Source: Raillietiella orientalis
Lineage: Eukaryota
Direction of reading: 5' to 3'
NCBI GenBank assembly: GCA_036172245.1
Contig: JAYWIR010000010.1
Coordinates: 4,836,001 to 4,900,000, forward strand
DNA: 64,000 nucleotides
The position numbers and the translations under genes are program-made. Positions 63,801 to 64,000 of this stretch are shown here, piece by piece. The notes beneath the pieces are model-generated. The model was not told where the DNA came from, searched no databases, and saw nothing but the letters and a program-made list of their open reading frames with translations. Positions within the stretch are counted from its first letter, which is position 1. Each line of letters begins with the position of its first letter.

Positions 63801-64000
63801 GGTTCGGCCGCTCCCAGTGTTCCTTGGAGATCTACGAGCTAGCTCCCGTGGAAGCGTGCCGAAACAGGGGTCAAGGCGACTTGCACTCTGCGGTGGTGCT
63901 TCGGACGCATTCGTTACGACCAACGGACGGCCCACCCTTGCAGGAACTGCCGTCTGACCGCAGGAGAATAAGATGCTGCGGAGTGACCTCAAGGGACGGA

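Larger units (their letters stand above)
150..64000. mobile_element. Degenerate endogenous large DNA virus (Lefavirales/Naldaviricetes-like EVE); ends not seen in window
   Basis: Motif remnants of lef-8, lef-9, lef-4 and vp39 lie within 53 kb. Intronless broken ORFs are densely packed on both strands. A host-type MITE, microsatellites and poly-A/T runs are inserted in them. Confidence 0.72.

Noticed and set aside
1..64000. DNA polymerase B, p74, p47, lef-5, 38K, integrase, rRNA/tRNA genes
   Set aside because: I looked for their hallmark motifs by eye and recognised none. They may lie outside the window or be too decayed to see without a search.

Overview
The window looks like eukaryotic (probably arthropod) chromosomal DNA occupied almost end to end by a decayed, integrated large dsDNA virus genome. 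Long intronless reading frames are densely packed on both strands but broken by stops, frameshifts, homopolymer runs, short tandem duplications and a TA-flanked pogo/Tigger-like MITE. Manual cross-frame translation recovers ordered motif remnants of the baculovirus/nudivirus (Naldaviricetes, Lefavirales) late transcription machinery: lef-8 (~150-3540, minus), lef-9 (~51500-53400, plus) and a probable lef-4 (~22050-23350). A probable vp39 major capsid gene (~19885-20760) sits near lef-4. Also present are two RING/TRAF-type zinc-finger remnants, a SAM-methyltransferase-like remnant, a three-copy unknown gene family, several multi-kb unassigned pseudogenes and a perfect 127-bp-arm palindrome. No element boundary is visible. 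All homology calls come from remembered motifs matched by eye, not from database searches, and pseudogene coordinates are approximate.
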